This document shows, piece by piece, positions 9,634 to 18,217 of a DNA stretch of 64,000 bases. The stretch is from positions 425-64,424 of the forward strand of contig CAMVGD010000005.1 in the NCBI GenBank assembly GCA_947166925.1, written 5' to 3'. Both the position numbers and the translations under genes were made by a program. Source of the stretch: an uncultured Clostridia bacterium (GTDB lineage Bacteria > Bacillota > Clostridia > Christensenellales > CAG-138). Position 1 is the first letter of the stretch. Every line of letters begins with the position of its first letter. The notes beneath the pieces were generated by a model that saw nothing but the letters and a program-made list of their open reading frames with translations, was not told the origin of the DNA and made no database searches.

Positions 9634-11547
9634 ATGGAAGATAGAAAAGAAGTACCGCGCACCCTTCAGAAATACCTTAATGATAGTAAGGGGTTCATGT
9701 CCGCATTAGGAGATTCCGGTGAAATACAGAAATTCTGTTGGTTTATAAAAAACGGGGTTATCGTAACAACAGATCATCCGGATGCATTCGTAAAGATCGG
9801 GAATGAAATCCTGATTATCGAGCATTTTGCGATTGATGGATATGAGGAAAAGGAACATGCAGGCAGTTTAGCTGCATTCAACGAGAGAGCAATACACGCA
9901 AGATTTACAAAACAAGAGTCGGTTAACGGGAGCAAACAACTTACTGCTCGTTTGGGGGTTAAAAACTCATATCAACAGTTCCTGGACAATTGTTACCGAC
10001 GTTTTGAACATCATTATCAGCAAATAGAGAATTATAAGAATCACCTGCGAGAAGAACACATTGCTGACGATGATTCACAATACACGATTTGTTTCCTGAT
10101 GGATGAAGTATCGCCTCTCGGAACACTAACGGTGGATGATGACGGAAAGATCAATCCGGTTTGCTTGGGGTATTCAAAAGAGTTTTTAGATTATTTTGAC
10201 AATAAACCGTATGTGGATTGGATCATATCGGCAATCATAAAGCCGGGCGAAGACTCCGTTGGATGGAAGTATCAGTCATATTTCTTCTCTCGAAATGATA
10301 TTTCCAAATGCAGAGAACGGATTGTTGATTATGCAAGGTTCCAGTTTTTAGAAAGTGATCCTTGTATTACAGAAGTCGAGCTTGAGATAAGAAAACAGTA
10401 CGCTCGAGTCGGAGATATTCTCCATATGGAAAAAGGTAAAATTCCTTCTGCCACGGCTATTGCTCCTAAGGAAGGTTATTTGCCCTATGTGGATATTAAA
10501 GCGTTTGAAAAGGGGATAGTAGATCGTTACGCATCGGTTCAGAACGCCGTCTTGTGCAATGATGGTGATCTGTTGATTGTTTGCGACGGATCAAGATCCG
10601 GGTTGACAGGGAAAGCAATCAAAGGAGTTGTTGGATCTACGCTTTCAAAGGTATATGCAGACGGACTGACAACAGATTATTTGAGATATTATCTGCAAAG
10701 CAAGTATGAACTGCTGAATACACGGAAAAAAGGGACGGGTACGCCTCACCTCAATGCCGACTTAATCAAGGAAGCCAGTATTTATGTGCCTTCTGTTGAT
10801 GAGCAAAATCATATCGTTTTAAAGATCGAGGAACTGTTCTCAGAACTGGATGCAGGCGTGGAAACGCTGCAAAAAATCAAGCAGCAGCTTTCGGTGTATC
10901 GCAGAGCAGTATTGAAAGAGGTTTTTGAAAGAGATTTCCCCAAGAAACAACTAAAAGACTTTTCAAAAGCCATTAGCGGATATGCATTCAAGAGCAGCAA
11001 GTATTCTCAAGATGGGGGTTATATTGTTGTTAAAATTGGGAATGTCAAAGATAAATACTTCGATTTTTCAAGAGATTTAACGAGAACTAATGAGACAGAT
11101 GATTCAATTCTCAATAAATACTTACTAAAACGTGGTGATTGTCTTATCACATTAACTGGATCAAGGGGAAAACGAGATTATGGATTCGTAGCTATGATTA
11201 CGGATCAGAGCAATTACCTCCTCAATCAAAGGGTTGCCGCTTTGCGCTTTGATCAATCGGTTGCGTATCCTCTCTTTTTTCAATATTACTTGGCTTCACC
11301 TGTGTATCGAGACATGTTTTTTATGTATGAAACCGGAAATGTTGGACAAGGTAATGTAGGTATAAAGGCACTTCTTGATCCTCAGGTTCCATTGCCAAGT
11401 ATTAAAGCACAGATGCAAATCGTTGAAGAACTTGAATCGCGTTTGTCTATATGTGATAGTATCGAACAAACAGTGAAGCAGGCATTGCAACAATCAGCAG
11501 CCATGCGCCAAAGCATTTTGAAACAAGCGTTTGAGGGAGGGCTATAA
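9634..11547 (+). CDS. hsdS: Type I specificity subunit with an extra N-terminal domain of about 255 aa
   Basis: Residues about 256-637 hold two TRDs and two coiled-coil conserved regions (EQNHIVLKIEELFSELD...; IKAQMQIVEELESRL...AFEGGL). Residues 1-255 have no HsdS-like sequence. The ATG lies 1 nt after the hsdR stop. Confidence 0.85.
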   Translation: MEDRKEVPRTLQKYLNDSKGFMSALGDSGEIQKFCWFIKNGVIVTTDHPDAFVKIGNEILIIEHFAIDGYEEKEHAGSLAAFNERAIHARFTKQESVNGSKQLTARLGVKNSYQQFLDNCYRRFEHHYQQIENYKNHLREEHIADDDSQYTICFLMDEVSPLGTLTVDDDGKINPVCLGYSKEFLDYFDNKPYVDWIISAIIKPGEDSVGWKYQSYFFSRNDISKCRERIVDYARFQFLESDPCITEVELEIRKQYARVGDILHMEKGKIPSATAIAPKEGYLPYVDIKAFEKGIVDRYASVQNAVLCNDGDLLIVCDGSRSGLTGKAIKGVVGSTLSKVYADGLTTDYLRYYLQSKYELLNTRKKGTGTPHLNADLIKEASIYVPSVDEQNHIVLKIEELFSELDAGVETLQKIKQQLSVYRRAVLKEVFERDFPKKQLKDFSKAISGYAFKSSKYSQDGGYIVVKIGNVKDKYFDFSRDLTRTNETDDSILNKYLLKRGDCLITLTGSRGKRDYGFVAMITDQSNYLLNQRVAALRFDQSVAYPLFFQYYLASPVYRDMFFMYETGNVGQGNVGIKALLDPQVPLPSIKAQMQIVEELESRLSICDSIEQTVKQALQQSAAMRQSILKQAFEGGL

Positions 11548-11548
11548 G

Positions 11549-12526
11549 ATGCCTTATATTGCACATGCCGGTATCAAACTAAAAGATGACTATCCAAATA
11601 ACAAGAAGAATGAATGGCATTTCATCAAAACGATCAATGAGATCGAATACAGATGGCGTTTGGCCGATGATTCGACTTACGATGTCATAGCGGGACTGTT
11701 TTTTGATCGAAAAGCGGCGCTTGACTGCGCAAAGCAGTTGTATGTTGCGTTGTTGTATGACTTGCTGAGTGCAGGCTTTTCAATTGAGGATGCCGGTTGT
11801 GACTCTTACGAACCGATGCTTTATGTTAAAGAATTAGATGGAGCTTATGATAGTTGGTTAGCTAATGAAGAGTATTTCTTCTGGAACAAGAAAAAGCAAG
11901 GTGCCGGAAGAACTGGCCCTGGCGTGTTTGAAGCTGAGAATGGCATTGAGGAGTTTGCCGAGTATGATTTTTTTGATATGTCTGTGAAGAAATCATGGGG
12001 TGATGCCAATCTGGATTTTGAAAGTGTTGATACTTATCTGTTTGAGTATTCAGAGGAGACTCAACAATTGTTGAATACAGTTGTCGTTGCTGATTCTGTT
12101 TTTGACTTTGGGTTGCGGATGACACTATATTGCGGACTTCTCGAACACTTAGCGGAGGATGCACAGAAAGAACCTGAGGTTTTACAAGTTTTGGATCAAC
12201 TGATTAAGAACGTCGAAGAATCCGCCCTTTCTTTGGAGCAAAAGCAGTCCTTACAGAACTTCTTGACTGAGGGCAAAAGGCAATCTTCGCGCAAAAGAAT
12301 TAAGGCGCTATGCCAGAAGTATGCAAAGTCAATGTATCATAAATATTCGACTGACAAGATCGTCAGCAAGGCATACGATGCAAGAAGTGCTTATTCGCAC
12401 GGGAACACAGGTGGTTATAGCGATGAAGCATGGTATATTAAGTTTGTTGTACTGGATGTTGTAAAGAACTATTTACAGGAGAAAGAAGGAAACGCGCAAC
12501 AATCTACAACCAAGGAACACTTTTAG
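11549..12526 (+). CDS. Hypothetical protein with a C-terminal HEPN-like Rx4H motif
   Basis: The ATG lies 1 nt after the hsdS stop and follows GAGGGAGGG. The motif YDARSAYSHG (R279-x4-H284) sits in a predicted helical C-terminal region. The function is inferred only. Confidence 0.6.
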   Translation: MPYIAHAGIKLKDDYPNNKKNEWHFIKTINEIEYRWRLADDSTYDVIAGLFFDRKAALDCAKQLYVALLYDLLSAGFSIEDAGCDSYEPMLYVKELDGAYDSWLANEEYFFWNKKKQGAGRTGPGVFEAENGIEEFAEYDFFDMSVKKSWGDANLDFESVDTYLFEYSEETQQLLNTVVVADSVFDFGLRMTLYCGLLEHLAEDAQKEPEVLQVLDQLIKNVEESALSLEQKQSLQNFLTEGKRQSSRKRIKALCQKYAKSMYHKYSTDKIVSKAYDARSAYSHGNTGGYSDEAWYIKFVVLDVVKNYLQEKEGNAQQSTTKEHF

Positions 12527-12550
12527 ACAGGTACTTGAGGGAGGGGTATA

Positions 12551-13666
12551 ATGTTCTGCAGTCATAAGAATGTGTTTATTTCACATTCATCAGCCAATAA
12601 AGAAATCGTTGAGCAACTGAGCTCCTATATTGAGAAGCTTGGTGTTTCATCGGAGCATATCTTCTGTTCGTCAGTCATTAGTCAAGGAATTGATAATGGG
12701 GACAAGCTTGGGAGGGCGATCTCCGGAGCGATTGAACAATCAAGAATTCTTGTATTCTTGCTGTCTCGTGATTTTGTCAACAGCGTTTATTGTATGCAGG
12801 AATTAGGAGTTGGCTGGCATTTGTCAGAGCAAGGAAAAGCAAAGTGCTTCTGTTTGGTTTTGCCGGATATCAGTCTTTCGGAGATCAAAGGCTTTATCAA
12901 TTCGAGCCTTGTAAAGTTTACGTTCATCGACGAGTCGCATAAAGATGAGTTGGGCCTTTTCGCAGAGAATCTTTGCAATGCGCTTCATATAACGCCGCTG
13001 AAGCATTCTGCACAAGCAAATAATGAGAGCGTTTTTTATAGTGCCATCAAAGAAAAACTAAACGCCCTGATATTGAAAAAGAATATAGAATTAGCATTAG
13101 AAAGCGAAAAGAAAGAAACGATAGATAAACAGAAGCGAATAATCGAAGAAAAGGATAGAGCAATCGAAGCATTGAAAGCAGCGAATAGTATCAGCAGTGA
13201 ACGGCTTGCAAGAGAAATGTATTATATCGAAAAGCGAACAATGGAAAACGATTTTGAAGCTTTGGGATATACAAATGGGATAAGTAAAGAATTCTTTAGT
13301 GGGGTATTCAAAGATTTTTGGTACGATATTATTGCACGATATGAAGATATCCTGAAAGGACTCGAGTTATCCTCTGAAAACGAAAATATGGAGATGTTGT
13401 TTGCGACAATTTATGCTGCGGATAACAAAGAAACAGCGGCATACGAGCATATGAAAAAGTTCATTCAATTGAACAATATGCAATTAGCGGACTATCAATT
13501 TGAAAATTTCTTCAAGGGATACCATGGTACAATGCGAGAAGTAATTGACATGCTGAAAGAAAAGGCAGCAAAAGAAAGGGAAGGCAGCACAAAAGATTCG
13601 TATCTCGATACGATACAGTTTCTCGAAGACCGTGAAAAGCGGTTGGGGTTCATATCTGAGGGTTAA
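12551..13666 (+). CDS. TIR-domain protein with a coiled-coil/helical C-terminal domain
   Basis: The N-terminus VFISHSSANKE...ILVFLLSRDFVNSVYCMQELG follows the bacterial TIR pattern, with a candidate catalytic Glu at E84. Residues about 175-215 are heptad-rich (KKETIDKQKRIIEEKDRAIEALK). Confidence 0.8.
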   Translation: MFCSHKNVFISHSSANKEIVEQLSSYIEKLGVSSEHIFCSSVISQGIDNGDKLGRAISGAIEQSRILVFLLSRDFVNSVYCMQELGVGWHLSEQGKAKCFCLVLPDISLSEIKGFINSSLVKFTFIDESHKDELGLFAENLCNALHITPLKHSAQANNESVFYSAIKEKLNALILKKNIELALESEKKETIDKQKRIIEEKDRAIEALKAANSISSERLAREMYYIEKRTMENDFEALGYTNGISKEFFSGVFKDFWYDIIARYEDILKGLELSSENENMEMLFATIYAADNKETAAYEHMKKFIQLNNMQLADYQFENFFKGYHGTMREVIDMLKEKAAKEREGSTKDSYLDTIQFLEDREKRLGFISEG

Positions 13667-13683
13667 ACAAAGGAGAAAATGAA

Positions 13684-14232
13684 ATGAGAACGAGAGAAAA
13701 AAGGAAAGACAGTATACTGCCGAAGAAATATCCTTCCGCAGAGTTTTTACACAACGTTTGTCTTTACGACTATCAACGAGTTCTTGATTCATATGACAAG
13801 GTGTATGAAAAAACGAACATAGCATTAGGATTCAGTGGCGTAATATTACTCGTAATTGTTTCGAGCATTGATTATACGATGATTAAAAGAATTGCGACAG
13901 CGACTAATTTGGAGTTGTTTACTATTCTGATGCTGTTATTGTGTTCGGCAGGAAGTGCTATATGCATCGTATGGGCAGTAATACAACTCCTCTTGCTTAT
14001 GAAGAGCAGAGCAGTTACGGTTATGGATAGTATTTCGATTCGAAACGAGGAAATCTATAGAGAATCTAATGAAGATGCTGCACTGTGGATGATTGATAAA
14101 TATACGAAGGTGATCAATGAGATCCGTCCACAAATACAGAAAAAGCAGAAAACGTTTAATGCTGCAGTAATAAAAATAATAATAGCTGTCATTCTATATG
14201 CGATTGTGTTATTGATACAGAAAGGATTATAA
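13684..14232 (+). CDS. Small membrane protein (about 3 TM segments), candidate effector
   Basis: Hydrophobic segments lie at about aa 46-62, 77-106 and 160-178. An AAGGAG RBS sits 8 nt upstream. The gene begins 17 nt after the TIR gene. Confidence 0.7.
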   Translation: MRTREKRKDSILPKKYPSAEFLHNVCLYDYQRVLDSYDKVYEKTNIALGFSGVILLVIVSSIDYTMIKRIATATNLELFTILMLLLCSAGSAICIVWAVIQLLLLMKSRAVTVMDSISIRNEEIYRESNEDAALWMIDKYTKVINEIRPQIQKKQKTFNAAVIKIIIAVILYAIVLLIQKGL

Positions 14233-14235
14233 GAA

Positions 14236-14421
14236 ATGAGCGAAAAAGACAAAACAATTCAGGACATTAATTCTGGGAAGGGATTGCCTCCGCTTAATCC
14301 ACAATCTTCAGGCAATTCATCTGGGCTTACGACAGAGCAGCGTTCTGATGAGACAGGATTGAGAAAAGACTGGTATACACTAAATCGGCAAAGTGATTCA
14401 AAAGGTTATAAGAAACCATGA
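14236..14421 (+). CDS. Small low-complexity protein (61 aa)
   Basis: It starts 3 nt after the TM gene stop and overlaps the hsdM start (ATGA). Its S/G/Q-rich composition makes coding status uncertain. Confidence 0.4.
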   Translation: MSEKDKTIQDINSGKGLPPLNPQSSGNSSGLTTEQRSDETGLRKDWYTLNRQSDSKGYKKP

Positions 14422-15911
14422 CTGATCAAACATCCACCATTGCCTCCAAGGTTTGGAGCTTATGCAATCCGCTGCGCGACGACGGCGTATCCTACGGGGA
14501 TTATCTGGAGCAGTTGACGTATCTGATCTTTTTGAAGATGGCGGACGAGTACGCCAAGGAGCCCTATAACCTCGATATGGGCATACCGGAGGGCTTTACC
14601 TGGGCGGACATGAACACGCTGAAAGGCGCGGAGCTCGAAGCCCAGTACAAAGCGACGCTCGAAGCGCTCGGCGAAAAGGGTGGCATCCTGGGCAGGATCT
14701 TCAAGGGCGCCGTCAACAAGATCAACAACATCGCCATCTTCTACCGCGTCGTGCAGATGATCGACAGGGAGAACTGGGTTTCCATGGCTTCCGACGTCAA
14801 GGGCGTTATATATGAAGAACTGCTGCAGAAGAACGCAGAGGATATCAAGAGCGGCGCAGGGCAATACTTCACACCGCGTCCACTGATCAGAGCGATGGTG
14901 GAGTGCATCCGCCCGGAGCCAATGAAAACGATCGCGGATCCGTGCTGCGGCAGCGGCGGATTCTTCCTTGCTGCACAGGCGTTCCTTGCCGATCCGGCGC
15001 ATTATCAGTTGGATCGTGCGCAGAAGGAGTTTCTGAAAAAGGAGACGTTCTACGGCAACGAGATCGTCGCAGCGACGTACAAGACGGCGCTGATGAACCT
15101 GTTCCTGCACAACATCGGCGATATTTACAGCAACAATGTGCCGATCGCGTTTGGAGACGCGCTGCTGATGGATCCGGGTTATCGCGTGGACTACGTGATG
15201 ACAAATCCGCCCTTTGGCAAAAAATCATCGATCACGCTCACGAATGAGGAAGGCGAGCAGGAGGATGAGGATCTTGTCTATAACAGAACTGACTTCTGGA
15301 CGACGAGCTCGAACAAGCAGTTGAACTTTGTGCAGCATATCAATACATTGTTGAAGGCGACGGGCAAGGCGGCGGTTGTCGTCCCTGATAACGTGCTGTT
15401 CGAGGGCGGCGCGGGCGAAACCGTGCGCAAAAAGCTGCTGGAGACAACAGATCTGCATACGATCCTGCGCCTGCCGACGGGTATCTTTTATAAGCCCGGC
15501 GTGAAAGCAAATGTGATCTTCTTCGACAAGCGTCCGGCGTCTGCACAGCGACAGACAAAGGAAGTCTGGATCTATGATCTGCGCACCAATATGCATTTCA
15601 CCCTGAAGCAGCATCCGATGACGGACGCCGATCTGCAGGACTTCATTCGCTGTTACCACCCGGAAAACCGGTACGAGCGCACGGAAACCTATTCGGAACA
15701 GAACCCGGACGGACGCTTCCGCAAATTTGACGTCGAGCGCGATATCCTCACGCGGGACAAGACGAGTTTGGACATTTTCTGGATCAAGGACAAGTCGCTT
15801 GCCGATCTGGATAACCTGCCCGCGCCGGACGAGCTTGCGGCAGATATCATTGAAAACCTCCAGAGCGCTTTGCAGAGCTTTTCCGAACTCCAGGCGCAGT
15901 TGAAGGGATAA
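14418..15911 (+). CDS. hsdM: Type I R-M N6-adenine DNA methyltransferase subunit
   Basis: The HsdM N-terminal domain (LRDDGVSYGDYLEQLTYLIFLKM), the AdoMet motif DPCCGSGGF and the catalytic NPPFG are all present. Confidence 0.92.
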   Translation: MTDQTSTIASKVWSLCNPLRDDGVSYGDYLEQLTYLIFLKMADEYAKEPYNLDMGIPEGFTWADMNTLKGAELEAQYKATLEALGEKGGILGRIFKGAVNKINNIAIFYRVVQMIDRENWVSMASDVKGVIYEELLQKNAEDIKSGAGQYFTPRPLIRAMVECIRPEPMKTIADPCCGSGGFFLAAQAFLADPAHYQLDRAQKEFLKKETFYGNEIVAATYKTALMNLFLHNIGDIYSNNVPIAFGDALLMDPGYRVDYVMTNPPFGKKSSITLTNEEGEQEDEDLVYNRTDFWTTSSNKQLNFVQHINTLLKATGKAAVVVPDNVLFEGGAGETVRKKLLETTDLHTILRLPTGIFYKPGVKANVIFFDKRPASAQRQTKEVWIYDLRTNMHFTLKQHPMTDADLQDFIRCYHPENRYERTETYSEQNPDGRFRKFDVERDILTRDKTSLDIFWIKDKSLADLDNLPAPDELAADIIENLQSALQSFSELQAQLKG

Positions 15912-15931
15912 GAAGGAACGAGGCAGAGCGC

Positions 15932-16375
15932 GTGTACGAGAATCTGAAGGCATTTTTAGATGAATTACCGACAACAGAATATGGCAGGTGGCATTACGAT
16001 CGAGAGAACGATGGTTCGCTGGAGCATCCGTATCAGTTGCCATTTGTGATCTATAACCCAATCGTCGTAAAGCTTATGGAAGCCATTCAGCAATTCGTTG
16101 ACGATCACCCTGACATGGAGCTCACCCGATACGGAGAAATTCTGGAGCAGTCTGGCGTCAAATGGAACTTGGAATCTATGAGCAGTGCCAACGTCAGTAC
16201 GCTGGACGGCAGAACAGTAGTCGCTCTTTTAGTGGCAGCAATGCGCGCAGAACGTTTTTGCGACGGGGCATTCTTTGGCTTCTGCATAGACGGAAGCATT
16301 CAAAAGTGGCTCTTGCGACTGAAGGAGATAGATCAAGGATGCTTAAAAGTATCTTTTACCAAACACGCACCTTAA
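15932..16375 (+). CDS. Hypothetical protein, last gene of the hsd operon
   Basis: GTG start 20 nt after hsdM. A terminator hairpin follows at 16515. I cannot assign a family with confidence. Confidence 0.55.
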   Translation: MYENLKAFLDELPTTEYGRWHYDRENDGSLEHPYQLPFVIYNPIVVKLMEAIQQFVDDHPDMELTRYGEILEQSGVKWNLESMSSANVSTLDGRTVVALLVAAMRAERFCDGAFFGFCIDGSIQKWLLRLKEIDQGCLKVSFTKHAP

Positions 16376-16514
16376 TGCATGATTGAAATAATAGGAAATA
16401 GACGAAGAAAACCCAATAATATTAGCATTTAGTTTGTTTTCTTAAAAGTATCTTTTCTCACGTGTCTTTTTTTCGCCGGAAAACGTATAAAACAATGAGG
16501 TTTACACGACACGC

Positions 16515-16549
16515 AATCCCCGCCAATTAACCGGCGGGGATTAGTGCAT
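16515..16549 (+). terminator. Rho-independent terminator ending the hsd operon
   Basis: AATCCCCGCC-aattaacc-GGCGGGGATT is a 10-bp perfect stem. Confidence 0.55.
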
Positions 16550-16687
16550 TTTCAGTCGCTTCTTTGCCTGCTGACACGTTTAGTTTAAAGTACGACACTT
16601 CAAGCAGAATCATGGAAGCAACATCATGTTACAATCGTGATTCAATAGCGTGTTTTTCATACTAAGACTGAGAAAGGAGGTGAGATC

Positions 16688-17041
16688 ATGGCTCAATTAT
16701 CTGTAAATAAAGAAGTCTGCATCGGCAGTTTCTTGCAGTTATCAGATTCAGCGAAAGCGTGCTATTTCGTTCTGCTGCTTTTCGCGGATCGCGCAGGCTT
16801 TTGTGATAAAGCAATCATTTTAAGAGTCAGCGGAGATCGCGCAGACTCTGCGCTTAAAGAACTGGTTACAACCGGATTCATTTTGGAAATCGAAGACGTC
16901 CTCGTCATTCGTCATTGGTACCTTCACGACGCAAATCGCAAGACGAATAACCCAACTATGTTTACGGAAATTCGTAACAGGCTTGTGATAAAGGAATGGA
17001 TTTACGATCTCAAAGGGGCAAAGCATGTAGCAAAGGGATAA
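16688..17041 (+). CDS. Hypothetical protein (weak resemblance to phage replisome-organizer N-terminal domains)
   Basis: It has a strong RBS (GAAAGGAGGTGAGATC-ATG). The resemblance is weak. Confidence 0.45.
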   Translation: MAQLSVNKEVCIGSFLQLSDSAKACYFVLLLFADRAGFCDKAIILRVSGDRADSALKELVTTGFILEIEDVLVIRHWYLHDANRKTNNPTMFTEIRNRLVIKEWIYDLKGAKHVAKG

Positions 17042-18217
17042 TTTGGAGATCAAAGCAATCTTAAAAATTGAGACAGTAAATTTTGAAGATCACCGTGTCT
17101 ATATTAGAAGAAAATTAGATTGTCATGGATTTGTCGTAAAAATCGCGGTATTTGCTGCAAAAGGGCAGTAGAAATCTTCATTCGAGTGCGATTTGATAAT
17201 CGAACGTTACAATATCCTATGCTTTTTAATGAATCAAAGCTTGGAGACTTTGTCTTATGAACCCCGTTGTATTTGCATACTAACAAAGAGCGGGGAGAGT
17301 CCCAAAGGGACATGCCGTGATGAGCTCTCGGCTCGTCGCTAATGTATTACGTCATGAACGGTATTCTCTCATCATGGCAAAGCCCATTCAAACTGATGGC
17401 AGCTTGGATGGGCTTTCTTTTTGGAATGAGCATCTGGCTGAAAAGCATCCCTGATCATCATAATACAAGTAGGAGCAGGCAAATTGCTGCGGTTGCTTAC
17501 CTCCAATCAGATACACCTCCGAGATCATCAAGGACGAATTACACTCTCATCGCAGCGAAAGAACCGCCTCGGGCACGGCATCCGGGGCGGTTTTCGCGTT
17601 TACTGGAAGATAGTGCTCTGCAAGGGCGTGTGGGATTCGCAAGGCCTCTCGATCATGGACACACGAATCAGATGTATAGGGTAATATGGTGCAAGGCGAC
17701 AGGATTGATCGCATGAAACATACAATACCATTAGGACAATGCCCAAACACGAGATTCCACCGGTTTTACTTGGCCGGCAGGATTATTACATTTTAATCGC
17801 CTATCTTACAAATGAATAAATATGAGGCGCGTGCATAAATTTTTGCGCACAAAGAAACCGTAATTTATGAACTGTATGTTGATGATTGTAGATCATAATA
17901 ATCGAATAACTATAATATAATTGCGGAATAATTGTAATATTGAAATGAACGAAAAATGAATAATGCATAAATGGTTGGCAAGATAAAACGCCATCGCAAA
18001 AATGAAATTGCAAAAAAATCCCTAAATATCTGGATAAATAGGACATGCAAGAATTATGATCGAGGCAATCGCACTTCGATAATGTATATATATGCACAGC
18101 TACGGCATGGTTGCGAGAGATCCAAAGTGTATGTTATACTTTCCACATTCCGAAGAGCTCAACGGAAACCGAACAAATAAACACAGGTTAGAACGTAAGA
18201 AAGCGAGGTACGTAAGA

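Noticed and set aside
17342-17716. 124-aa ORF in the gene-poor stretch
   Set aside because: It has no RBS, an implausible composition and an internal terminator-like hairpin. I treat it as non-coding or decayed.
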